A DNA stretch of 60,268 bases, filler included, from Globobulimina sp. (lineage: Eukaryota): NCBI GenBank assembly GCA_003354225.1. It is 12 parts of 12 records of this genome, joined end to end, with 100 filler letters (N's around TTAATTAATTAA, not from the genome) between each part and the next. Parts side by side here need not be neighbours in the genome. Positions count along the whole stretch, not along the records: positions 20,155 to 25,091 come from PIVH01000835.1; positions 25,192 to 30,124 come from PIVH01000836.1; positions 30,225 to 35,153 come from PIVH01000837.1; 9 more parts are not named here. One strand, 5' to 3'. Both the position numbers and the translations under genes were made by a program. The stretch's first letter is position 1; every line of letters starts with the position of its first letter. Below are positions 23,101 through 34,189 of the stretch, piece after piece. The notes below the pieces were generated by a model, which made no database searches, was not told the origin of the DNA, and saw only the letters and a list, made by a program, of their open reading frames with translations.

Positions 23101-25091
23101 ACACTGGGCTCCAACGACGAATCCAGCGAAACAAAGACCGCATGAAACTCCGTCCAAGGTATGATTCTTACACTAAAATCACAATAACACACACACGCAA
23201 CCACTATACAACAGAAATAACAGTAGAAATACCAACAATTAATGAAAAAACACAACAACACAAAAGACAACATAAATCCATTTATTTTTATGTACAAAAT
23301 ACACAAATTTATAATATATTATATATTTTACTATATTTAGTTTATTTTTTTTTATTACCCCAAAAAATACAGACACAACAACAGATAAAGCAATTAAATT
23401 CAAATAAAAACAAAAAAAAACAAATAAAAATTAAAATAACCATTATTATCAAAGAAAAAAATACATTCAAGGATGCCTCTATGATAAACAAACTATTCAC
23501 AAAGCATTGCAATCCTCCAATCATAGATGACCTTTTTTTACTAATTAGAATAATATGTCTCCCCCTTTTTTGCATATTATTCCAAAAATTTACACATTTT
23601 TGTGTCAAAATCAATGTATTTCTTTATAATATAAAAAGAAAAATTGACATCTATCTTGTTGACTGCCTCTGTGACATTAATTTTATACTTATATTATGTT
23701 TTTTTGCATGTATATATATTGTGTTGTTGTTATTCATTAATTTTCAAATATTCAAATATATTTATCACCATTTAACACATATCCTTGCACAAAAACAATA
23801 TAATTCAGTAAAACAAAAAAATAGCTTGATTCGACTTAACTACTATCAAAATATAAAAAAAAAGAAAGACGAACGGTATAAATATAAAAAACAGAAAATA
23901 CAAAAAAAAGAAGAAGCAACAAATTCAATACATCAATATAATCCATACAGAAAATACACAATAAATAAAATCCAATCTCACAAACAGCCATTAACAGGAC
24001 ATACAAGAAATGGACAATGCAAACCACTCTCCTCCTTACTCAATCTCATAACTCTCTGTGCCTCTCCACTGACCCACACTAAACTTCGTTTACGTACATT
24101 TTTTGCAAAAATATTACAAGTCCCATCAAAAATTGCCTTTGCAAATAAATCCTCAATTGATAAAAATGAAATAGCAGATGATACAACCTTCTCTGTTGAT
24201 AAATGTTCAATCACTTCATTCTTTCCTACATCAAACGAAAAAATTGTTTTATTACAGATTGATAACACATATTCACCTCCCATGCAACGTTCCATCTCCA
24301 TTGAAATTAATTTGCTATATTTAAACTTTAAAAGCCGCGTAAGTATATTATATAATCTCTCTACCTCTTCACCATCCGATGTATCCCAATCCTCTTTACT
24401 CTCCACGCGCTTTGAACAAATTACAGCTAAACAAAGCACATTCAAAATCAATACACAAAACAGCCCTAAAAAAATACAACGCATACCCAAAAGCTTTCGA
24501 ACTTTCTTAACATGCATATTTAATGAAATACTACAAACATATCGATTCTGTGCATGGGTAAAAACCAATACTTGGTTATATTCATACAAAATTGGCAGGA
24601 TTTTCTTAACCAAAAAAACGAGATATCCAGTCAAATCCAATGAAACTGACTGCATTTGCTTTGTACGACATTCCTCATTTGATTTGATTTCATACATTTG
24701 CTTCGCACGCCATCCCCTATACTCAATCAATAATCGCTTATTTTCACCAGATAACCAATGCCACATCGTTTTAAATCGTATATATCCACGCCAATCACGA
24801 CCATGCGTAAAATACTCAACTCCCTCCCTATGGCTTTCCCACAAAGAGAATTGCTCCACAATACAGGTTGGATCTGCTAATACCAATTCATGCAAATCAT
24901 TTGGACCATACCCAGTTGGCCACAACACAATCCCAGATACATTACTATCCCATACTGATAACTCATCCACTTCCTCAACATCAACGGTCTTAACCTCAGC
25001 CATGCACAAAAACCAAATATTCTCTGTAAATATAAAAAACACAAACTTCACAAAAAACCCACTTACCAAAAATAATCAGTATCCGCCACAA
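20157..25091 (+). CDS. Contig-spanning open reading frame (about 1645 codons, both ends truncated): Lys-rich region, long coiled coil, acidic patch, globular domain, TM-like segments
   Basis: ORF track 20286 runs into the spacer and the frame is also open upstream to 20157. The region ~20736-23160 is clearly protein-like. The + strand is strongly A/C-rich. Confidence 0.7.
23978..25003 (-). CDS. Hypothetical protein encoded antisense inside the giant ORF; spliced
   Basis: ATG 25003 (MAEVKTVD). In-frame intron 24427..24486 (GTATGC...TTTAG, 60 nt). Upstream intron 25024..25066 (GTAAGT...TTTACAG). Composition is globular-like. Confidence 0.65.
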   Translation of the reverse strand: MAEVKTVDVEEVDELSVWDSNVSGIVLWPTGYGPNDLHELVLADPTCIVEQFSLWESHREGVEYFTHGRDWRGYIRFKTMWHWLSGENKRLLIEYRGWRAKQMYEIKSNEECRTKQMQSVSLDLTGYLVFLVKKILPILYEYNQVLVFTHAQNRYVCSISLNMHVKKVRKLLGMRCIFLGLFCVLILNVLCLAVICSKRVESKEDWDTSDGEEVERLYNILTRLLKFKYSKLISMEMERCMGGEYVLSICNKTIFSFDVGKNEVIEHLSTEKVVSSAISFLSIEDLFAKAIFDGTCNIFAKNVRKRSLVWVSGEAQRVMRLSKEESGLHCPFLVCPVNGCL

Positions 25092-25191
25092 NNNNNNNNN
25101 NNNNNNNNNNNNNNNNNNNNNNNNNNNNNNNNNNNTTAATTAATTAANNNNNNNNNNNNNNNNNNNNNNNNNNNNNNNNNNNNNNNNNNNN

Positions 25192-28100
25192 ATCCTCCAT
25201 CCAATCCACGGACCCGTAATATAAACCCATTTAATGCTAACCTCAACAATCACATCAACGATCCCATCATGTTTGTAGCGGCCAAACCAAGAAAAGAGGA
25301 ACATTGTGACCATCTTCTGCTTCCGCCTCCCCCCCACTAGAAGCCGCTTGCAATGACTCGGAGGTCTGGCTACACCAAAATCATATTGAAGGTATACCCT
25401 GTTTCAACCCAGATCGTCTCTCTCCGCATGAACCCGAACAAAATGAGATGTTCCAACTTGAACAGAAGTCCATACAAAACATAACAGATAGCGATGATAA
25501 TGACAGCATAATTGACGGCATAACTACCAACACTGTAGGCAACCAAATCAATCCCCCCAGTTCACCGCAAATCCATTCTTCTCCAGACAGTGCAGACCAT
25601 GATGCAGACACAAAACGTCTCAAATACTCATCAGTGGAAGCTGCAATTATTGCCGCCTAGGTTCCATTATCTCGATCTTAAAAACACCAGACGGTAATAC
25701 ACCGAACCAATACCGCCCAATAACCCTCTTGCCCCTTATATTCAAAACTTATGAACGCCTGATATTGTGGAGAATGAATATTGACCATAAGTTCAGGAGA
25801 AACCTGCACATCCTCCAAGGTGGCAACAGAGCAAAACGTGGGGTTCCAGAGCAGATTGGCACTCTCCATTTGGTCTCTGAAACTGCTAAACACCAAAATA
25901 AACCCCTTTACTGCGCCTCCCTTGATATTAGAAAAGCATTTGACACCGTGTGGCGCAAAGGACTATTATATAAATTGCACCACCATTTTGATATTCCAAT
26001 CAATCTCTGCAAAATAATCAAAGCTATCTACAACAATTCACAATCAGCCATCCGTGATATCCCATTCATCACTGAACTCTTCAAATTGCACAATGGTGTC
26101 CTTCAGGGCTCTGTCCTCAGTCCCATACTGTTTGCTGCCTTTATAAATGACATGATTGATATCCTCCAATCCTCCAAAAAAGGTGCCGTTTCCCCTGATC
26201 GTGACCGTTTAATCGCTTGCATATTCTATGCTGATGACGTTGTCCTCACAGCAAATACCATTGAAAATCTTGCTTCTTTGCTAAAAATATGTGAGGAACA
26301 CAGCCACCATTGGGCGTACACATTTAATTCAAAAAAATGCAAAGCCATAATACATAACGACCCCTCCATTCTCACCAACAACACCCACCATCATAGCAGC
26401 GCGCAGAAAACCAAACTAACACAAGAGTACCATAATAAAATCAATCAGCCAACACAGAAACAAGCCCCGATGGTCCTAATCTCTGCTCTCACCAACAACC
26501 AATTGATGGCCATTGACATTGACGGCACAGTCTGCTCTTACAATGCAGAGGAAATCCCCCCTGAAATATTAACTCCCTTTAAAACACATTGCAGTTATTA
26601 CCAAAATAAAATATCAAACAAACCGTACCACATCATTTGGGACAATATAATCCATGATAATAGCTGGACCATCTCCAAAATGCACCATTTATGTCTCATG
26701 AATGGCAAGCCTCTGCAGATTGTCTCCTATCTGAGATATCTCGGCGCCCACCTTTGCTCGCATGATGCAGACAACATAGTATCGACAAAACGCACAAACA
26801 AAGTGTTTCTCAATAAGCTAGACCAAAAAGCCAAACTGCTATCACAGTTAGACTTCAACCATGATTTTATCTCCTTAAGTGACAAAATACGCATTCTAAA
26901 AACCTTCTATTTAGTTTACACTGAAATATTTGCTCAAGTACTCGACAGCAAAATTATTAATTTGACTGCTGCTTTAGACAAACAAATCCGCACAATAACG
27001 ACACAAACACAAATCAAAAATTTCGTATTTGAGCAGTTCTCAATCTTTGCAGGCATCCCTCCCCCTACGAACGATGGGTTGTATTGAAACTAGCTTTCTA
27101 TTGGAAGCTTTGCAAAGGAGAACCCATTTCATATATGCATAAATGGAATAACCTCCCAAACATATCCGATTACACCCTCTACAATCAATACAAATCCTTG
27201 AAACAAAAATGGCTGCCAAATCAAACCAAAATAATCAACAACATCTCAATCAGCGCAGACCCCTTCAATGACATACTCCATTCATCTGACCTAAGACCGT
27301 TGGTGGTAGTAAAACAACACCGAGAATTGGTTGCTACCTTCCACAATAAACACCCTTTCAATATCCTCCAGCATCATCTTTCTGACTACAAAGCAATGAA
27401 CACATTTGAGGTGCAGGACCTTGAAAATTACATAAAGCAACATATGATTATCCAATATCGCGAATTATTCTACGCTTTCAATCAAAAACCATCCCATTGT
27501 AACCTTTGCATGACACACACTCCAAATCCAATTGAATACCATCTCTGTATTGATTGCCCGCGACTGAGCACAATGAGGTATTCCTATTGGAACCATTCAA
27601 GACTGCCACTATCAAAAATTGGCTCTAAAATAAATCGCTGTCACAATCAAATTTTCATGCAACGAGTTATTGAATACTTTTCTGATGTCCGCCCCAACCC
27701 AGAGATACTATGGCTGTTAATATGCGGAGCAAATTTCTATATGATGAAAAAAACAATAATTTCACTTACCACCACCAGTCCATAGATATATCTCATCCCA
27801 GGAACACCTTTTACAAACACATTGTCTCCCTATCCCACCAATTCCTTGATTACGTGTACAGAATACATAAAAACAAACTCACCATCAAACACTGCACCAA
27901 TAAATACAGCCCAATATATGACCGCAATATAATCCACCACATCAGAAATGATACCATAAATGATTGGTACAATTATAAACACAAAATCAGACCCACAGAC
28001 ATACTAATCTCCACTGACTCCTCCAGCGAAGACAACCGCACAGGAATTGGAATAGCAATAAGAAACTACAACAAAATCCATTTCTTTGCTCAACCTATTG

Positions 28101-28790
28101 GCGCCCAAACGAACCATCACGGAGAGCTCCTTGCCATTGGCAAAACCAAATTCCTTCTGAAACACCACCAAATAGATTGCACTGATAGACGTGTCATCCT
28201 GTTCACTGATTCAATGACCAACTTTGTGTCGCTCATTGTCACCCCAAGAAATATAAAAAAATTAACATATGCAGGCCTCTTCAGAGAAACACAAAAACAC
28301 ATTATTGATAATAAAATCATCCTTTGGAAGATAAAGTCACATACTGAACCAGAGCAGCAAGTATATAATCAAATAGCTGACAGATTAGCGACGGTTGGAA
28401 GAATGCACCCCAAAAATAACAATCTCATAATCCCCGGCATAAACTCTACAAATCATGCTATTTCCAAATCGTTTGATATCCCCTTTGGATCCAGCGATGG
28501 ATCCTTGTTAAACCTCACGGGGATGTTCCTGCAATCCGTGAGCCTGGAATCAGACCTCCGGCCTGATTGAATTTTGTACCACTACTACTAGAGCTTTTAC
28601 TAACACATAACAAAGATGTATGGCAATATAAAAAATAGATATGGAGAAAGATGGGAAAGAGGATAAAGATGATAATTCAGATTCAAGCAGTGGCAGTCTA
28701 AGCCTGTCAGAATATATGGAAACAATGGACTGAACAACAAAAAAAAATGTGAATTTGCGCACAATATGACAAAAAATAAAAAAAAAAATA
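25192..28790 (+). mobile_element. Decayed non-LTR retrotransposon (LINE): RT, CCHC knuckle, RNase H
   Basis: RT motifs YRPITLL, LDIRKAFD, GVLQGSVLSP, YADD and RYLG; CNLC-x9-H-x4-C at ~27498-27557; RNase H-like ISTDSS, NHHGELLAI, LFTDS, WKIKSH and NQIADRLA. Stop at 28570 and an A-rich tract at 28772-28790 that may be the 3' end. Confidence 0.92.
25603..28570 (+). pseudogene. Frameshifted retrotransposon pol (ORF2) fragment
   Basis: Three track ORFs (25729, 27084, 27710) are collinear parts of one pol, broken at a C-run near 27060 and a TAT/ATG-A-run near 27740. No endonuclease is seen upstream. Confidence 0.85.
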
Positions 28791-29151
28791 TTAACCCGCA
28801 CAAATTACGAAACATGGACAAATAAGGTTACGTACAGTGCTTGTTTTACTGAGCGATTTGATGCATTTTTTTACTGAGCGACTTTTTTACTCCATGCCGT
28901 GAGCGAGTTTATGATTTCACAAAATAATTCTTTCGGGGTCACGTACAGCGGTTTTTTTTACTGCATGTTGATATGTACTGCAAGAGTCCTCACTACATTG
29001 TACTACAAGAGCAGAAAGCTCATCTGGTCTTCTTTCGATTTACAAATTTATCGCAAAGGGAAAAGAAAAACTTCGCTCCTACTACCAACTACTCAATCAT
29101 CCTGTAACCACTTCACATATAAAATATCAACTAATCGTAATCGTATAGAAT

Positions 29152-30124
29152 ATGGACGCTCAAGAAATTACTTTCAACCACGACCCAGAATCAGGCGCCA
29201 CTGATATTGAAGAGCCAGACCATCCAAACAATTGTTGCTGTCAGGTATTATGCTGTCAATTCAGATTATTTTATTGGTATATCTCGCCATTAACATGTGA
29301 ATTATGTCACACATTAAAATGTCTATTATTCCATCCAATTAATTTTGCATTTGCCATATTTTTAATGGTATTTGACATCACAATGTTATCCGTTGGCATT
29401 GGGATAATTGCTGTCTGTTGTATGGGATTACCATTTTTATGGGTTAGCTTGGAATTTATCATTGCATTCTCTCGCATCGATTTAGGTATTCATCCCTTGC
29501 GAATTTGCGTATTGATAACGCACATCCTCACCAATCAAAAAAACACAAACAGGTTTTCATTATTATATGGTAGAAACGAGCAAAAAATTAGATGCATCCC
29601 GCCAACATTTATTGTCCTTATCATTGTATTTTACCGCAGTCCCATTATGTTGCTGTTATAACCAGCACGGACAGAGTTGGATTAATACAATGTTTGAACG
29701 TACGAAATTTTTATTTACCAATCTAGACATTTATAAATATGTTTTTTTCCATATATTGCCGCGGCCATTTGTTACATTTTGTAGCTGGTGGATTGTAATT
29801 GTCGTCGCAGTGAATATTGGATTGGTTGGGTTTCCAATATGGTACTTAGCGAACGATTCAATGTTTGTGCAGAATCGAGTTATTTTAGGCTGGGCAGATG
29901 ACTGTAAATGGCCGGATAGCGAGCCAGATGATGGCGTTGTATGCGATAAAGATTACGTTTGGATCATTAATACCTTTGGCAGAGCTTTTGTGGTTGGCCT
30001 TGTTTCGTTGTTGGTGTTACCGTTGACATTGAGGCTAAATAATTGGTTTGCGGAGTTAAATAAGATCGTTGCTTATAAGTTTTATACATTTTATTACACC
30101 AAAAATACCGAAGAAATTGAAGCA
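29152..30124 (+). CDS. Membrane protein with putative-sensor-like domain (PF13796-like), 2 exons, 3' end at contig edge
   Basis: Intron 29486..29552 is in phase. LLFHPINFAFAI...LSVGIGIIAVCCMGLPFL...FSRIDL resembles the sensor-domain TM pattern. Confidence 0.65.
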
Positions 30125-30233
30125 NNNNNNNNNNNNNNNNNNNNNNNNNNNNNNNNNNNNNNNNNNNNTTAATTAATTAANNNNNNNNNNNNNNNNNNNN
30201 NNNNNNNNNNNNNNNNNNNNNNNNCCAAAATCT

Positions 30234-31160
30234 CTAGATTTGATCTTCATAACTTTGTGATTGCGGTGTTTGTATAAAAAGATTATTGTTTTGATCATAT
30301 TGCATTTGGGTCTGTGGTTTTGTGAATTGTATCCATGAAAAGTTAAAATTGGAACCAGATTTCACAATAAATGTTCTTGAATGATTTGTCATTGAACAGG
30401 TATTAATATGGCCATTGCCAGACAATATAATGTCAATTCCATTGATTTTGTCAGCCAATACATTGTCATATAATAGTTTTGAATGAGTCAATGCTACAAT
30501 GATATCAACATTGTGATCTCGGCGCAATTTATTTACATATTTTTTAGTGATTTCGATCATATGCATATAAACTATATCTTGTGCATTATCCAATCTGTTA
30601 CTAATTAAATCTAACCAATTCTGAGAGATTCCAATCACACCAATTTTCAATGCATTTTGGGTTTGTGTTGCTTGCGTTTCGTCCGTTTCGTCAGATTCGT
30701 CGGTTTTTTCTTGTTTATTTTCGATATTTATGTCATTAATGATCTTAACTGCTTGCAATTGGCTTTGATTGTAATTTATAATGAAATAGTCGTGGATTAA
30801 GGGTTTGTTATTTGGTGTTGGTGATGAACTAAATAATATGTTGGTATTTATAACTGGGAAATTCAATTTTTTTACGATGTTATATGCATTATTTTCTCCA
30901 AAATCAAAGTCATGATTACCTAAAATAGCACCATTTATTCCAAATTTATTCATTATAGCAACCATATGTTCTCCTTTAGTGATACATGATATGTCTGACT
31001 GTGATATGAAATTACCACTGAAAAAGATTAACGGGTTTAATGATTCTTTTTTAAACATCTCTAAGACCGACATGAAGCGGGATGATCCTCCTTTACTATC
31101 ACCACAAATGTCGTAGACATCACTAAAATGAATTATGTTAAATACAGGTGATTCTGCCAT
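30234..31160 (-). CDS. 5'-nucleotidase-type metallophosphoesterase N-terminal domain, degenerate active site
   Basis: IIHFSDVY, TKGEHMV, LGNHDFDFG, KIGVIG, DIIVALTH, GIDIILSGNGH and IVKSG. The C-terminal domain is not seen. Confidence 0.85.
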   Translation of the reverse strand: MAESPVFNIIHFSDVYDICGDSKGGSSRFMSVLEMFKKESLNPLIFFSGNFISQSDISCITKGEHMVAIMNKFGINGAILGNHDFDFGENNAYNIVKKLNFPVINTNILFSSSPTPNNKPLIHDYFIINYNQSQLQAVKIINDINIENKQEKTDESDETDETQATQTQNALKIGVIGISQNWLDLISNRLDNAQDIVYMHMIEITKKYVNKLRRDHNVDIIVALTHSKLLYDNVLADKINGIDIILSGNGHINTCSMTNHSRTFIVKSGSNFNFSWIQFTKPQTQMQYDQNNNLFIQTPQSQSYEDQI

Positions 31161-31581
31161 GCTAATTGTAGCGACTAGAGAGCTTTTAGTTACAAAGTTT
31201 ATTTTCTACGACGCAAAAGGTGTGATGAAAACACAACCTGCGTTATTTTCATCCTACTTTTTGGAAAAATGCATAATTGAATTACTTAGGTCCATAACTT
31301 AGATTTGAATAATTACCTACAATTCTCAAATATTGGAAACCAACACCACAAACATAAATATATATATTCAATAATTGAAACTTATGTTGGTATATTGTGT
31401 TTAATATTTAATGATTAGTAGTCAAAAAGTTATATTACTTTGCTTGACCAACTTAACTATTTCTTGTTGCTTTTTGCTTTGTTTTCCATTTTTCCGCGGT
31501 GTATTCATACCATACATAACATACATATGGACCGACTACAAAACTTCGAAGTCAAAAATCGTTATCGAGCACGCAACTAAA

Positions 31582-32292
31582 ATGCCAAAAAAGAAATCAA
31601 GCAAAAAGTCGCGTAGAAATAAGTCTCGTGGCTCATCATCACATCGCAATGCATCGTCATCATCATCGAACACTAAAATATCGAGATCTCAGCAATCAAC
31701 AATATATTACTTGCTAGGCGCATTTATGGTTATATTTTTATTTTGTGCATTTTTTATCTATTTACCAAAAATACGGACAATGTTCGGATTTGCTGATACT
31801 TCAATCGACCCAGCCACATTAAGAGGATATAGAGCACGGCTAAGGAGATTGTATGAGAAGTATAATCCAAATAAATTGGATGAGATCGATGATATTTTAT
31901 TAAAATACAGAGGGAGAGAGAAGCAATTATTTAAAAAATTACATAAGAAATATGTGAAACCAAATATAAAGAAAAGGAAAGTGGACCGAGAGAAAAGAAA
32001 GCGAAAAAGGGCGGCATTGAATGACGACATAATTCCGGAGAATGAGACGGAGGAAGAGACCGCGGCGAGGAGGAGGCGCAAAAAAGAGAGAGATCGCACA
32101 AAAAGAAAAAAAGAAAGGACGCAGGAGCGTGGAGGTAAAGGTTATTATGATGATTGGGACGAAGATGATATTTCTGAGAAAAAAAAGAATTATGGCAAAT
32201 ATTTCAGTGATGATGATGAATTTTATGGTGATACCAATGCGCAATATGAAGGCGAAATTGATTTAATGGATGATGATGATGATGAGGACTAA
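31582..32292 (+). CDS. Single-pass membrane protein with YEKYNPNKL...ILLKYRGRE...LHKKY helical domain and charged tail
   Basis: Track ORF 31411..32292. The likely start is MPKKKSS at 31582. One TM segment (IYYLLGAFMVIFLFCAFFIYL). Confidence 0.75.
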   Translation: MPKKKSSKKSRRNKSRGSSSHRNASSSSSNTKISRSQQSTIYYLLGAFMVIFLFCAFFIYLPKIRTMFGFADTSIDPATLRGYRARLRRLYEKYNPNKLDEIDDILLKYRGREKQLFKKLHKKYVKPNIKKRKVDREKRKRKRAALNDDIIPENETEEETAARRRRKKERDRTKRKKERTQERGGKGYYDDWDEDDISEKKKNYGKYFSDDDEFYGDTNAQYEGEIDLMDDDDDED

Positions 32293-32405
32293 AATAGTCA
32301 TCGTGTTTCTCATTATTTGTTATATAATCCTTGCACTCTAAATCAAAGCTAAATCAATTTTGTGTTTTTATTGTGCACAACTTTTACGGCCCCTTTTACT
32401 GAAAC

Positions 32406-33949
32406 ATGGGTAGTTTAATTGGATCGATGTGCACAGGAATATGTTGCAGTGCATGCCGGCAATGTGAAGGTACAATTAAATATAACATATTTACTGCCGC
32501 TGTTGAATATTTCTCAGACAATATATATTTACTTGAATTAAGGCCAAAAGTTTGGAGTAATTTCACGCATTCCGTATATTTTTTTATTTTTTGTAGCCGG
32601 CGTATTTTCGATTGTAATGAGTTTATACGGCACAAAAGCATTAAATCTCGAATTTTATACCACATCAATCTGCAACAGTTCAACCTGCACAGGCAATGGA
32701 TCCGTATATCGCGTATCATTCATGTTATTTATTTTTGAATTGATCCACGTTTTTATTATTGGTGCTGGCGTTGTATCCTTTCATTGGTTATGGTTCATCA
32801 TAAAATTTATCATATTCACGACATGTTTGTCATTAACATTTTTTTTTGGCGATTCTGCGCATTCAAATGCATTTTTTCAAGGTTATGCAGATTATTTTGC
32901 ACGTTTTATTTCTGGCATTTATCTATTTTTGCAAATTTTAATATTTATCGCCTATGGTTATAAAGTTAATGAATATCTTCAAGAAAAAGGCAACGACACC
33001 AACGCATCCACAGAACCATCAGAATCAATGCGATCAAAATCTGTGGATACAGCAAGCAAAAATAATTCATGTAACAAATATTTTGTTATTTTAGGTGTGT
33101 AACATTTACGTTTCAACATTGCATATCTTATTCTTAATATACGTAGGTTTGGCCACATTCGTTTTGTATATGATATCATTGACTTTCTGCAGTTTATTTT
33201 TTGAATGGTATGCATTGGATGAAAGTTGTACGTTTAACAAAACATTAATATCGTTAACCATTGTAATGATTGTAATAACTTTTATAATCTCCGCGGTGCG
33301 TGGCGATGGCTCATTATTTGTGTCAGCGATCGTGTCCTTTTATATCACCTTTTTATGTCTTTCTGCATTGCAAACAACAAATAATGAAACTTGTAATGTC
33401 TTTGCGGGACACCGTAGTTCTGCTTCATTATGGATTGGATTTATATTTCTATTCATTTCCATATTTTACGCAGCATTTACTGCGGATCGGATCGGTGTTT
33501 TGTGGGAAAAGAATGACGATGAATATATATTAATGGATGGCAGTGACAATATTGACATGTCATTGGATGATAAATGGGATAAAAAACGTATGAAAGCACA
33601 GAAACATCAAAAATCAAAGCAAGCAGAAAGTAGTTATGATGATATTGTTGATGATGATCAAATGTCAATGCATGCGCAGGTACAATGCAATGAGAGGAGT
33701 GATGATCATATCAGTCATCGAACACAAAGAATCAGTAATACCTATTTTCATGTGATATTGGCATTGGCGTCGTGTTATTTTGCAATGTTATTAAGTGACT
33801 GGGGCGCGGGCACTATTTTAACCTCCTCTGGCAAACAATCAATGGCTGTTAATATTGCTACACAGTATGCGACTGTATTATTATTCTGGTGGACTTTGTT
33901 AGCGCCGGCTATTTGTCCTTCGCGATTTAAACAAACTGTGCAAGAATAA
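32406..33949 (+). CDS. SERINC: Serine incorporator (Serinc/TDE/TMS1) family protein, 3 exons
   Basis: Cys-rich MG N-terminus, GSVYRVSF, YFHVILALASCYFAMLLSDWG and WTLLAPAICPSRF. Introns 32470..32542 and 33095..33146. Confidence 0.92.
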
Positions 33950-34189
33950 AATAAATTAAATCTTGTTGTAAGTATTAGTTTTGATATGTTCTCACACAAA
34001 ATCGTACCTAAACCTTCTTTTAAACATGAAATTATTGCATAATAGAAATTTAATAATAACCAATAAACCAACAACCACAGAAAATGTAAATAAATAATAT
34101 AATATACAAAAAAACAAAATGTCTTTAAATTTTAATATAAAATGGCATAATAATAAATATTTTTTTTTAGAATTTCCCTTTTAATACTT

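Noticed and set aside
25092-25191. Giant ORF (contig 5) followed by LINE pol (contig 6) as one ORF1-ORF2 element
   Set aside because: The contigs are adjacent only because of size sorting and show no end overlap. The shared A/C skew is suggestive but is not linkage.
27055-27755. Programmed ribosomal frameshifts in the LINE pol
   Set aside because: There are multiple breaks at simple runs plus an upstream deletion, so decay or assembly error is more parsimonious.
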